A stretch of 64,000 bases of DNA from the human T2T-CHM13v2.0 reference genome, Homo sapiens: NCBI RefSeq assembly GCF_009914755.1, contig NC_060939.1, one strand, 5' to 3'. Shown here in pieces: positions 1 to 13,576 of this stretch. Each line of letters begins with the position of its first letter. Position 1 is the first letter of the stretch. The translations under genes were made by a program, and so were the position numbers. Below the pieces are notes generated by a model, which worked only from the letters and a program-made list of their open reading frames with translations, had not been told where the DNA came from and made no database searches.

Positions 1-660
1 ATCTTTATTTTGATTAACCTGTTCAGTGTATTGGCAGATTTCGCTGAATGAATTCTCCTTTTTTTTTCTTTCTTATAACTAATAAGCAGTCTTTGGGGAG
101 ACACTTAAAGACTGTGTAATATGTATGCTGTTCCTCATCAGAATCTCCCTCTGGATTGAGCATTCATTGATAACTTTTTGCCAGAGTGAATCTTTACCAT
201 ATGTTTGCGCAGTGATAATTTTACTATTCCAGCAATCTCCCCTCTTTAAGCAGTCAGCCCGTCATTCTGTGATACTCATAGGAACTCCCTTCTCTGCTGT
301 ATAATTTATCTACTGTTATTAATATGGACTCATGACTTCCTATTTGTTAAAAAAATTGTTTATAATTTATTGCTGTTCTTGATTGTGTAGTCTTTAAATT
401 GTCCCAGGTTTGTACAGAGGAAGCCACTTGAGTCTGGCTTCTGTGTCCTTAAGACATGGCCCCATCGTTTTTTTGAGCACTTCATTGTTTTCTGTCAAAA
501 CAAGATATTACAGTCTCATCTTATAGATACTCTGACCCAGGCCTGGAATCAGCCAAGTCTCTGAAGGGACTCGGTTCTTTTTATTGGAGAATGGTATTAG
601 TGACCAATGCCTGTACACTAGATAATATTCATTGCTACTGAGTGTTCCTCTGTTGTGTAA
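1..660 (-). mobile_element. Old L1M (L1MB/MC-type) fragment
   Basis: L1M-like phrases (ctggaatcagcca, ggagaatggtattag); boundaries approximate. Confidence 0.55.
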
Positions 661-1234
661 GCCTTTAATGAAATTGAACACTGGCTGCCATGAGTTGCCA
701 AGTTAAAATGCCATGACTTTGCCTTTTAGCCTATGGAAAAGTTGTAGCTACCTGTCAGTGTTTGGTTGTTTTAGCAGAGTAACTGGGCAAAGTGTTATCA
801 ATTGCCTATCAATTGTATGTTTAAAGGAGAGAACGAAGATAGTTATGTGAATACAAGCAGTGTTGGTTAATGAGATTTTGAGGGGTTTTTTTTTTTTGGT
901 ACTGTAATAATTGCCACCTCATGGAAAGGTAATACCCTGTAATAACACTCAGTTTTTATTTAGTTTACTTAACTCTCTTGTTTCACTTTTCCCAAATTTG
1001 CAGTGGGTATAAATCCTGTCATTTTGTCAGACTGGGAAATAAATTTGGGAAGGCCTGTGAAACTTTTAAGATTCTGGATTGAAAGGTAGTTTTTGTTATA
1101 ATTTCACAATTCTTGGAGCCTACAAGAATGTCTTTACATAAAATATGTGACTGCAAGATATAAAAAATAAACTCAGGAATCTAAATTTTATACCTTTTAA
1201 CTTCAAATATTTGATTATAAATTATTTGAGCAGA

Positions 1235-1950
1235 TATTTCTTGGAAACTATTCTGAAATAATTTCAAGTTTATAGAAAAGCTGTAAGGATAGAACAGATA
1301 TTACATCTTATAAACTTTATGCCCCTATTTTCCAACTGTTGACATTTTGCCATATTTGCTTAATCATTCTGTCTCTTATCATTTCTTTCCTGAACCATTG
1401 GAGAGTAAATTGTAGGTCTCACGTCCCTTTACTCCAAACGCTTTGTTGTGTGGTTTCTGAGAACAAAGGTGTTCTTTCATAACCACGGCACAATACCAAA
1501 ACCAGGAATTTTAACATTGGTTCCATGTTAATCTGTAAACCTCATTCAGATTTTGCAAGTTGTCCCGATAATATCCTTAATAGCAGCTTGTTTTTATTAA
1601 GTATTCACTCCAAAATCATGTGTTGTGTTTAGTTGGCAAATCTTTTTAGTCTTCTTTACTCTGGAACAGGACCTCAATCTTTGTCTTTTGTTAATGACAT
1701 TTTCTGAAGAGTTACAGACCATTTTTTTACATAGATGCCCCTTCAATTCAAGTTTGTCTGATGTTTTCTCATGACTAGATTGAAGTTATGCATTTTTGTT
1801 AGGAACACTGTAAGTGATGCTGTGTCCTTAGTGCATGCTATGTGAAATGTGATGTTAGCTTATTTCTCTATGGTTATTTTTCCTTTTTTTTTTAAATCAT
1901 TTGATTCAGGTGTTATCTGCCAAAGTTCTGCTTTCCCCTTTGTTATTTAT
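1235..1950 (-). mobile_element. Old L1M 3' end fragment
   Basis: tgaaataatttcaagtttatagaaaagctgtaag and tttagttggcaaatctttttagtc resemble antisense L1MB/MC 3' UTR. Confidence 0.6.
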
Positions 1951-2728
1951 AAGCCTTAAGTGAGCATTTCTCCAACATCTTTGTTGTGTTTTTAACAACT
2001 TCTTTAACATTTTAAACATCTTTTCTGTTGTCCAATTTTTAACAACAAAGATGTTAAAAATCAGAAAACTCAGAAAAGCACATGGTGTATTAAAATTCCA
2101 CCTAGGAATAACTGCCATTAAAGTTTTGGTGTCTCCCTTTCTGTCTCTTCAGATGCAACTTACTAGTCTAGACAAAGCAGGTTTCTCAGTGAATAAAACA
2201 TGCTCTAATGGGGTGTACATCCTGGCACATTATAATAGTAGTCATTTATTGAATATTATGTGCCAGGCACTTGATATAGGTGCTTTCCTTTTATCAATCA
2301 CTTAATTCTTCAAAACGACCTTATGAGATAAGGTTGATGATTCTTGTCCTCCATTATGGCATAAGGAAGTTAAACAACATACCCCAAGTTAAACAGATGT
2401 AAAGTGATATACCATACTGTGATAAAGACACAGGCAGGTTGGTGTCAGAGATCATCTTCTTAATCACAGTGATACACTAACAAGTTATAAACTAACAAGT
2501 TAACTTAAAGTGGTGATAATACTGAACTGCTGTGAGGAGAACTATGATGACACTGTTACCTATAACCTGTGATGGTTTGTACTTGACTAGGGTTTTGTCT
2601 TATAGCAAGACCTCCATTCTTTCCGTAAGTGGTGATGTCTCTTAAATGGGCCTGCCACGGCCTTCCTTGGTCCTCCCTGTGGAAATTCTCCCCTTTTCCC
2701 CTCTCCTTCCCTTCTGCTGACCTGTTCT

Positions 2729-3153
2729 CAGTGGTGTGCTGGTTAAAAAGAAAAAAAGAAAGCCCTCATTTATATCATTTGCCAATTTCAGTGGTGTAAA
2801 TACTCCCATAATGGTTGATTTCAGGTATCCACACCACATTACGAATACAGATTTGACAAGAGATGTGAGTTGTGAAGACACGCAGCAGGACACCATTATG
2901 TGGAATTTCTGCTGTCTGGATACAATAGATACAAACTTTCAGGGCATGGAGAATAGTATGTTGTGGTAAATAATTAGAAAGTGATAAGTTTTGAGTATTT
3001 ATGACATTTGTTTTTAATGCAGTTTACTTAGTTATAAGCCTATATCATGTAATTTTTAATAATGGCTGAGTTTAACAGCTGTCTTGCAGAATTCCTGAAA
3101 ATTTAACAATGAGCACTCATGAGCCTACACAAGCCAGCTCCAGTATACCACTG
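2729..3153. mobile_element. hAT-Blackjack-type MITE (MER63-like)
   Basis: Terminal inverted repeats cagtggtgtgctgg ... ccagtataccactg. Confidence 0.7.
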
Positions 3154-4591
3154 TGATTTCTTTGCTGCTGACTGGGCCCACCTTTGAAAATCTATGGCTG
3201 ACACTTCCTTACTATCTAAGATGACATCAGTGCCATCCTGTCTTTCACTCTTCCTCCTACAGGGCTTTCTATCTCATTCTCCTAATCCATATCTACTACC
3301 TTCCCTGTTCAAAGCCCATTTCTTTCCATTCATCCCTGCACTGTAATTTGACTCTTCCCATCCCCCAAATACGTTTCCCTTTCCCATCACACTTTTTTTT
3401 TTCCCCCCATCAAGTTACTTTTCCCAGTTAAAGGAAAGCCTCAGACCACTAGTATCTTGGGACATGGAGAGTCTCCCAGCAAGATGTTGGGTCTTATGAA
3501 GTGAGGAAATCTTTGGTCTAGAAAAGGAAAATACGTTCTTAGAATTCCAGGGTTGAAATCTAGGTGAAAAGATTTTTTTAAACTTAATATATAAAGGAAG
3601 TTACAGTGCCATTATTATAGTATGTAGCTACTCTAAGAATTACTTCAGGATGGGGAAAAGTGAGACCATGGCTACCATTTAAAACCCCATTTTAAAGTAA
3701 CTGTTTTATAAAAACCTGTTTTTATTTGCAAATAAGTGATTTGATAGGTGATATTTTAGAACACAGTTTATTTATATGGGGGTGGGGGGAGCTAACCTAT
3801 ATTTACAGAATAAGGCCTAGTATAGAGGTCTTTTCCATTAGTTTTTGTGTCATCTGTCAGCAAAACTAATTAGGACCCTGAAAAAATTGTCAGTTGCAGG
3901 GATACATTTCTCACTAATGAAGAAACATGGAAAATATCTGTGTAAGGGGATCACGCTGTTTCTTAAGTTCAGATTATTGGAAGAGGGTGGTGATGTAGGT
4001 GTGTACTCTTCCTGAGGTTGGGTCAAACTAAAATGATAATTGAGAATGTCTTGAATATTGCCCTTGTTAATAAGTTGATCTATTTTATTTTATTTAGAAA
4101 CATGGCAGACTTGTTCACTGTGTAGCCAGACTGATGTGTCTATTTATTCTTGTAGGCTGGTCTTTCCCAGGCACAGCAGAATAATTTATTAATACCAGGG
4201 TATTCTTTAAGGATGGTAGGATTAAAGCATCATGACAAAAATTGTTACCTAGATCTGTTTTTCCTTGTTATTTTTTCATCACCATTCTACTCATTTAATC
4301 TTTAAAAGCCATCTCAAGTAATAGTAGGTACCTGGTTCTACTGGAGTAAAATGGGAGTTAGTGGCTGAAATGCAGTTTGTTATTTGCTGTCAGTGACTTT
4401 ATCAGTGTGCAGAGAATACTCCTTCAAGGAAAACAGGTAATTTTAATTCCAGGTGCCTTCGGAATCTAAATTTCAAGAGGCTTTGAAATGAATGGAGCTT
4501 CTGTGTTCTCTTCTCTTGAATATTTTGGGCATAAGGTAGTGTGACTTAATATTAAAAACAAACAAACAAACAAAACAACAAAAAAACTACA

Positions 4592-4885
<294 letters not shown>

Positions 4886-5139
4886 CCCAATTAAAGGTAT
4901 GAAAGCAATTTAAAACTTACTTGTAAAAAGAGGTTCATATTGAAAGCATTGCTAAAAGGATTTCATCTGCCTATAATTAGCCACCTCCTCTGTCCCCAAA
5001 GGAAGGCCCAGACTTCACTAGTATCTTGGGGCACAGAGAGTCTCCCAGCAAGATGTTGGGTCTCATATGAGGACAAAATTCTTGATCTGGAAAAGGAAGA
5101 TATATTCTTAGAATACCAGGTTAGAAATCAAAGTGAATT

Positions 5140-5470
5140 TTTTTTTTTTCCTGTAAAAGTCCAGATAGTAAATAATTTAGGCTGTGGGCTAAGTTCTCAC
5201 GTAATCATTACCTTTTATGGCCCATTGTAGTGCAAAACTAGCCATGGATGGTGGGTAAATGAATGGGTTGGGTTCAATTAAACCTTTATTTATTGACAGT
5301 GAAATTTGAATTTCATGTAATTTTCACATTAAAAGGATTAAAAGGCCTTCTTTCTTCCCTAACCCTAACCCCCACACCCGCCCCCACAAAATGTAAAACA
5401 GGGGATGGTGGGAGGCTGGAATTGACTTGTGGGTCATAGTTTGTCAACCTAGTCATAGTTTGTCAACCTG
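5140..5470 (+). mobile_element. MER58B-like hAT-Charlie element
   Basis: ttctgtaaaagtccagatagtaaataatttaggc ... gtcatagtttgtcaacctg. Confidence 0.7.
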
Positions 5471-6255
5471 TGCTGCAAAGGATGGAACTTTTTATTTGTA
5501 CTTTTTTCAGGCTGTGAGGATATTTCAGTACCTTGAGAAATGGACTCTTCTCATACACGCTGCAAAAACATCTTTTTAACTGGTTGCATCATGCCAAAGA
5601 AGATTACACATTTTACCAGGCTAAGCTTTTCAAAAATGTTTCCAAGAGAGAGTCTTATAAACAAGACAGAAGTCTAATTCTGAGTAGTAACTGAAGTCAG
5701 TGATAATTCTGTTTTACCAGCCGTGATATTCCTTGGATTAGGATACTGTTGAATGCTCCACTGTGGTAGTCGTAGTAGTCATGGACCCACTGGAGCATTG
5801 TTTGTTAATAGACCTGGTTCCTAGGTTTGACTTGATGATTTTTGCTTTTTAGTGTTTAGTAAAAAACTACCTTCTGCTCAGTTATGCTGCTGGGCTTAGT
5901 AAATTGTGACCACAGGGTGGTATGTTTCTCTTGTTGGCTTTAATTGTTGCTAAAATCGAAAGGAAAAATATTCTGTACATAATGAGAATTTACTCCCCTA
6001 ATTATGATGCTAAAATGGCCCAGCCTTCTCTAGATTGATTTTTCTATAGTGCATTATTAAGATTTATATAGTATTAAATCTCAGTGCTTTAAACCTTGAT
6101 GCTTTGTAATCTTTTGTTATGGTTACAACAGGAATTATATAGTTCGTAATTGGGAGAATGCTAATAATTAGGACTGTATTTCATAGAATATATTTAGCCA
6201 CTGGCCTTGATTTAAAAAAAAAATCAATATATAAAAACTACTAAAGAGTATTTGC

Positions 6256-6552
<297 letters not shown>

Positions 6553-6780
6553 GCAACTGAAAGACAAAGATGTCTTACCTTCTAGTAGTTGCAAAGTCAT
6601 AGACAAAGTTATTGGCTCAAGATTTTTGTCTGATTTTATGGGATTAATGTAGGGGTGGATAAAGAAGAGTAGGAATGTCAGATGGTCAGGAAATACAAAT
6701 TATTAGAAAAGCAGCCTCCTATTGAAATAGGTTAAAAATATTATAGACCGAGAGTTGAACATGTTCCAGGAGCTTTCCTA

Positions 6781-6915
6781 TACAGTCATGTGTTGTTTAA
6801 ACTATGGGGATACGTTCTGAGAAATGTGGTATTAGGTGATTTTGTTTGTTGTGCAAACATCATAGCATATACTTAACACAAACTTGGATGTTGTAGCCTG
6901 CTGTGTACTTAAGCT
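6781..6915 (+). mobile_element. Tigger3-type left-end fragment
   Basis: tacagtcatgtg...gatacgttctgagaaatg...catcatag motif. Confidence 0.65.
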
Positions 6916-7457
6916 GGAGCCCAAGCTCGTCTTCTTTGCACTCTACCCTTTCCAGGCAAGCCTGTTGCTGGAGAATGTATGGACTTGGTAATGATTTATG
7001 GGATATAGAATTTAGAGAATTATTGTCAACTGGAACACAGGAGTTAAGGAGCATTCTGAGTATAAGGATGTGATCATTTATTATACCCTCTCCATCCTCT
7101 CTGCCTTATTTTTGGATTTTCTTCTATGTCTCCCCCTGCCCCTCCCCTTTTTAACCCATTCATCAAGTAAAGTTTTCCTTCATCTTGTTGATTAACTTAC
7201 TTGTCTAATGACCTCCACTAAAATGTAAGTTTAAAGAAGAGAGAGCGATCTTATTTTCAGGTTCATTCTGTATTGTGAATGCCTAGATGATTGCCTGGTG
7301 TATAAGTGCTCAATCTTTATACTTGTTTCAGCTTACCAGAATGGGGGCATGGTTTAGATGATAAATTTGATTTTCCCTTAAATATGATGTTTGATAAAGA
7401 TAGGCTGCGAAGAGGAACCTTACTAATGTAAACTTGCTATATTGTTTCCTTTCCTAG

Positions 7458-7605
7458 GGTGATTGTGTTGTTACAGTGCTGCTTGCTGAAGAGGACAAAG
7501 CTGAAGATGATGTAGTGTTTTACTTGGTATTTTTGGGTTCCACCCTCCGTCACTGTACAAGTACTCGGAAGGTCAGTTCTGATACATTGGAGACCATTGC
7601 TCCTG
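7458..7605 (+). CDS. AKAP13: AKAP13 coding exon (exon 3 by recalled numbering), GDCVVTVLLAEEDKAEDD...LETIAP(G); phase 0 in, phase 1 out
   Basis: Acceptor tttcctttcctag|GGT, donor CCTG|gtaagt; open frame matches the recalled AKAP13 N-terminus after MKLNPQQAPLY; joins the next exon in frame. Missed by the ORF track. Confidence 0.96.
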
Positions 7606-9449
7606 GTAAGTATTTGAATGGGATCCTTACTAGCTTTTCCTAGTTCTTAAACCCTTTTATTCGATGTTTATGAGTATAGAGTGACAGGAAGAGTGAAGTG
7701 TAGACAGTATAAAAAAATTTATTAGTTTATAAAGCAGTTTGAATATCTGGTCCTGCTGGTATTGGAACAGATTGCCAGTTTTTTATTGCTGTGCCATTTT
7801 ATGTATATTACTGTTATGTCGGCCACCTACCAAATTCTGTAAATTATAACTTATTTAAGAACTGGGATTATGACAGTTGAAAGCTGTATTTATCCTCCTA
7901 CTTGGCAAAAATGATGTTGAAAATTCAAGGATTTAAAGATTCTAGAGAGTCTCTAGGTATATTATTGCCAAATTTTTATGGACAGGGAATAAAAGAAGGT
8001 AGTCAGCATAGATACCGATTTCTTTTCTGAAGAGTATTAGATATCCTTCCTTGTAACCCACAGCTCCAGTCATCTTGTTTCCTGTGATGTATATCATATC
8101 AGAAAGGCTTTTCTGGAACTTGAGGTCTGCTCTCTAGCAGGTACCATCCAGTATCACCATTGCTGAACATTTATTATGTGTTGGTGATGGGGAGAAACAG
8201 CTTCTTAACCTAGGTATAATCGATCAGTCCGTGACTCAGTTCTCATTAGGAAAGGAATTGAGGTAATTTTTATAAACATAATACTTCCTATAATAGGAAC
8301 ACTTTAGGGTTAAAGTTCGAGGGCTGTGTGTTTATATACCTGTGTGTGCATATATATCTAGAAAGGGCATATAAGTAGATACAAGGAGACTGCAAGCAGA
8401 TATAAGGGAAAAGGCAAATACAAAAAGCATGGCCTGTGTCCTAACTGTGATCCTCAGTCACAAATCCCAACAAAGTCTGTTCTATTGGTGGAGAGGGATG
8501 TACCTGGAAGCCCTTATGCCTTTACTGGTAAGGTCCTTAAATTAGGATGGGCAGCAGGCAATTACTTTCTCAGAGTCACTGAACTTGTATGACAGCCTGG
8601 AGCTCTAAGTTTGTACCAGATCCTTGTACATTGTCCTCAGCCTCCCTTTCTGAGCTCTAGTTCACATTTCTTCCCTTGACTTTGATTCTAGTACCACTTT
8701 ATATATGTCTATGTAAGTACCCTTGCCCTGCCTACCCAAGCCAAGCAGAATGGGTATTAGACTCTGCTCCTTTCCTCTAATTTGGTCCGAATCCTCAGAA
8801 ATCATTCCTGACCCCTTTGCTTTGGCCCTGTAGTCCTACCTAGTACCTGGCTTTTCTTCTGTTTTCTGCTAATCATCTCTCCTCTTAGCCACATTTCAGT
8901 ATTTTTCCATCATGCTTATGAGGTCAGATACCAGCCACCCCCCCCACCCCCACCCTCACCCCCTCCCCCCGTCGCCCCCATCCCATTGGCCTGAATGTTC
9001 TGCTTCCCACCTGAATTTAGTCAGGCAGCTGATATGAGGTGCCTCATCACAGCAGAGGTAACAGAAGGATTAGAGTCCTTGAAAGACCTTTTTTTACTTC
9101 TGGAAGGCCAAATGCAGAGTAAGGCAACACTTTAACGTGTGAGCCTTTGATATGTGTGCAAGGGTACCAGTGAGATCCTTAGTTGGTATAGTAGAAACTC
9201 TGTTAACTAAGCAAAGGAGATTCCTGACCGGACCCTATTGCTCTGCTTATCACATATGAGATTTTTCTGGTTACTTGTCTTTTTCAGCTACTGTCATTTG
9301 GCTTAGTTTGGTAATTTATTGTGGAGGGGTAGAGATAGAGGCATTTTGGGGGTTAACTTGTTTTGCATTTCTTGTTTATAACATGGGGTAAATTCTTTAG
9401 CCTGGACCTAAACTTCTTTAAATCTGCCTTTGTGGACTTAGACTTGTGT

Positions 9450-9740
9450 GTTCCCTTCCTTCAGGCCCTTACTCAGTATCACCTCCTCAGTGAGGCCTTT
9501 CGGTCCAGCTCATAAAAATACACAGCTGCCTCCTCTCCACATTCCCTATCCCCCTTTCCTGCTTTATGTTTCTCCATTGCACTTTTCAACTTCTCACATA
9601 TATTTTACTTATTTATCTTATTTATTTTCTATCTGCCCCAACTAAAGTGTCAGCTTTATGAGGACAAGGATCTTTGTTTGGTTTCTTCACTGGTATCTGC
9701 TAAGAAGGCTGTTCTAGGAAACTGTCACTTGATAGAACAA
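9450..9740 (-). mobile_element. L2 3' fragment
   Basis: cacctcctcagtgaggcctt ... tgtcagctttatgaggacaaggatctttgt. Confidence 0.6.
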
Positions 9741-10162
9741 CATTTCACACATCCAGCTTCCCAGAAGCTGCTCTTCTAGAAAGATGTGTATGTATGTGAA
9801 TACACCCACACTCGCACTCACACGTAACCCCCCTCCCCGCCCCCCTTTTTTTGTTTTTTAATAAATTCAAAAGAGTCTCTGGCTTCTTGAGTTGCATTTT
9901 TAGCTTGGAGAAGGAATACGATGATTTTTGTGTACCAGTTAGCTGCATTGATAGCCTCAGATTTCCTGTTTGCTGAGGGCAGTGTTAGATTAGTCAAGAA
10001 TCTGCATGGAAAGTCCAGTCTTCGTGGAAAGTCCATGCAGTGCACTGTGCATCCCAGTTCCTGGATAAATGTGCATGGTCTGTTTGTTGCAGCAGCTACT
10101 GCCTACAGGGATGTCTCTGCACTCTTTGTGCTTACGTGTGGGACTAGCTCTGCAATTTCTAG

Positions 10163-10503
<341 letters not shown>

Positions 10504-10848
10504 TCTTCTTGCTTTTATTATTATTTTTTTATTTTTCATGTTTCATCCAGATTGCTGGCTCTGATTTTTCTTTGAGTTCTCTGTATGTTTCACTGTGTGT
10601 TTTGTAACATTTTAGTTTTTCCTAAAACCAAAGGATTGATTAACCTTCAAAAGGCAGCACTTTTTGATGTTAGTCTGTAACCTTTTATCAAATCCATATT
10701 TCCCTAAATAGAGTTGACACACAGACATTCTAAATTATCTCCTAATAAATTGTTTTGACTTTGGATATTGAAATTGCAGGCCCATCTCCCCACCCATCTC
10801 AGTTTTCTCTCTTTTTTTTGTGTGTTTTGTAATAAGTCCTACAATGAA

Positions 10849-10938
10849 GTGTGTGTGTGTCTGTCTGTCTGTCCCTCCCTCCTGCCCCCTCTTTCCCCAT
10901 TCCCCTGTGTGTGTGTGTGTGTGTGTGTGTCTGTGTGT
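10849..10938. repeat. Compound (GT)n/(CTGT)n microsatellite
   Basis: Visible GT runs. Confidence 0.9.
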
Positions 10939-11086
10939 AATTACAAAGAAGTTGTAAAGGCCTTTTAAAGTAGTTATGATGTGATTTCCCCTCCTTTTTA
11001 AAAATAAAGTATTTTAAGCGTAAATAGTAACATCTTAGAGGGCAGGTACGTGGAGACTTTGACTTTCTATTTTATCTATCTTTAAA

Positions 11087-11387
11087 TTTTTTTTTTTTTT
11101 TTTTTTGAGATGGAGTCTCGCTCTGTGGTCCAGGCTGGAGTGCAGTGGCGCGATCTCGGCTCACTGCAAGCTCCGCCTCTTGGGTTCACGCCATCCTCCT
11201 GCCTCAGCCTCCAAGTAGCTGGGACTACAGGTGCCCACCACCACACCTGGCTAATTTTTTTGTATTTTTAGTAGAGACAGGGTTTCACCGTGTTAGCCAG
11301 GATGGTCTCGATCTCCTGACCTCGTGATCCACCTGCCTTGGCCTCCCAAAGTGCTGGGATTACAGTTGTGAGCCACCGTGCCCAGCC
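11087..11387 (-). mobile_element. Alu (AluY-like)
   Basis: Diagnostic ctgcaagctccgcc, ttcacgccat, gttagccaggatgg. Confidence 0.93.
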
Positions 11388-12289
11388 TGAATTGTTTAAA
11401 TGTTTACAGTGAGCATGTTATTTTTATGATACATAGTAATTTTTGATGAAAACATTCTGAAGGCTGAAAAGAATGTCCTGTCTTTTGAAAATAAATCCAT
11501 CTTTGTGCTGATTAACACTGGAGGCTAACCAAAGCGTTATAATAAAATATTACATTTAAAACACCTATGAAAGTGGCTAGTTCAAGAATATAATTTGCCT
11601 TGAAACATAGCTTGAGATGGAAGTATACTTCTAGTAATGAAAGATCTTGCCTTAGTAATAAATGAAAGTAAAATATTCCATTATTGTCCCTTCATAGAAA
11701 ACAAATACAACCCTAAATGACATTTTAATTAACTAGTGATTTTCCTCTAAAGCTGAGATTTGTTTTTTTAAGACCTATGTAGGATTGGCAAATAGTGTAC
11801 AAAATCTGGACATCCTTTGAAGATAATTGTTGGGGTGGGATGGGGGCATAGAGTACTGTTTTATTGTGTTCATTTTTATTAATGAAACTGTGAATTTAGA
11901 CCAAGCAGTGATTTCATAGTGGAAGATGGAACAGGATGTTTAGTGGGTTTTGTATACTATTTTTGTAAAAGGCTTTGGTGCAGAATCTTTCATAAAATGA
12001 AATCTATTTTCAGCATGTCTGTTATTTATTTTTAGAATTCACAGCAAGGGTTCTTGTTTGAAGAACTACAAACCTTTATTGACTCCAAATTTGACTCAGC
12101 TCTGTTATATTTTCCTTTTCTTTTTCACTGATAAGGGAGGGTACTTTATAAAGTAGATTTGTCATTAAAAAAGAATAATACATTTACCTGATCAGAAGTT
12201 CTTTTGGGTTTAAAGAAAAAAATTGCAGCCCAGATTGCAACAAATGGTCTGAGTTATAATATGTTATGTCTTTCTTTTTCTTTCTCTCT

Positions 12290-12600
12290 TTTTTTTTGTT
12301 TTGTTTTGAGACAGAGTCTCACTCTTTTGTCCAGGCTGAAGTGCAGTGGCACAATCACAGATCATTGCAGGCTTGACTTCCCAGGCTGAAGTTATTCTTA
12401 TACCTCAGCCTCCCAAGTAGCACTCACCATCGTAAGTGGCACGTGTGTGTGTCCATCATAAGTGGCTGGCACGTGTGTGTGTGTGTAGATGGTGTCTCCC
12501 TGTGTTGCCCAAGCTGGTCTCAAACTTCTGGTCTAAGTGATCCTTCTGCCTCCACCTAGCAAAGTGTTGGGATTACAGGCGTGACCCACCATACCTGGCC
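12290..12600 (-). mobile_element. Alu (AluJ-like) with rearranged middle
   Basis: Both arms present; linker replaced by a duplicated GT-rich unit. Confidence 0.85.
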
Positions 12601-12934
12601 TCTTTCATTTCTCGTCAACCAAGAATTACTTTCTAGCAGCAGGTGTCCAGTATTACCAAATGGAATAGCATATTTGAAAAGAAGTTGTAGACTTTTAATT
12701 TAATGGGCTTCATTAGAGAATTCTGACACCCCCCATCCCCCAGCCTGGCCCTGCCCCTGGCAACGCCTGTCAAGGTAATCAGTTATTTTTATTGGACTTT
12801 TTCTAACAGTCTCCCTATTCTGAAATACTCTCAAGCTATCTCTAGACAGATGAGATTTTATATTCTACAAAACTTAAATTACTGTCCTAATGCTAGTTAG
12901 TACATATAGTGGTTATACTGGAAAAACAGAGTGA

Positions 12935-13292
<358 letters not shown>

Positions 13293-13374
13293 CTGTTGTA
13301 ATGTTAGGAGGAAATTATATATTTCATAACTTTGGAACCATGAACACAGCACTGGAATCCTAGGGCATACAATA

Positions 13375-13576
13375 TTAAGGGAGTGATATCCTCCCAAGGG
13401 GGTGAAAATTGCCTTTTGGGACCAAAAAAAACTTACAGTGATATATAAAACACAGTTACACAAATTTGTGGTATATCTGTGGTATTAAAGTTTCATGAAG
13501 TGAGGAGTGAGTAGAGAATAATGTCTGAAAAGGCTCTTTGGGATATGATAATGGAAGAAAAGGCTGAGAAACACTG
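13375..13576. mobile_element. hAT-Charlie-type DNA transposon remnant
   Basis: Ends aaaaggctgagaaacactg; ccaagggggtgaaaattg motif; subfamily uncertain. Confidence 0.5.
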
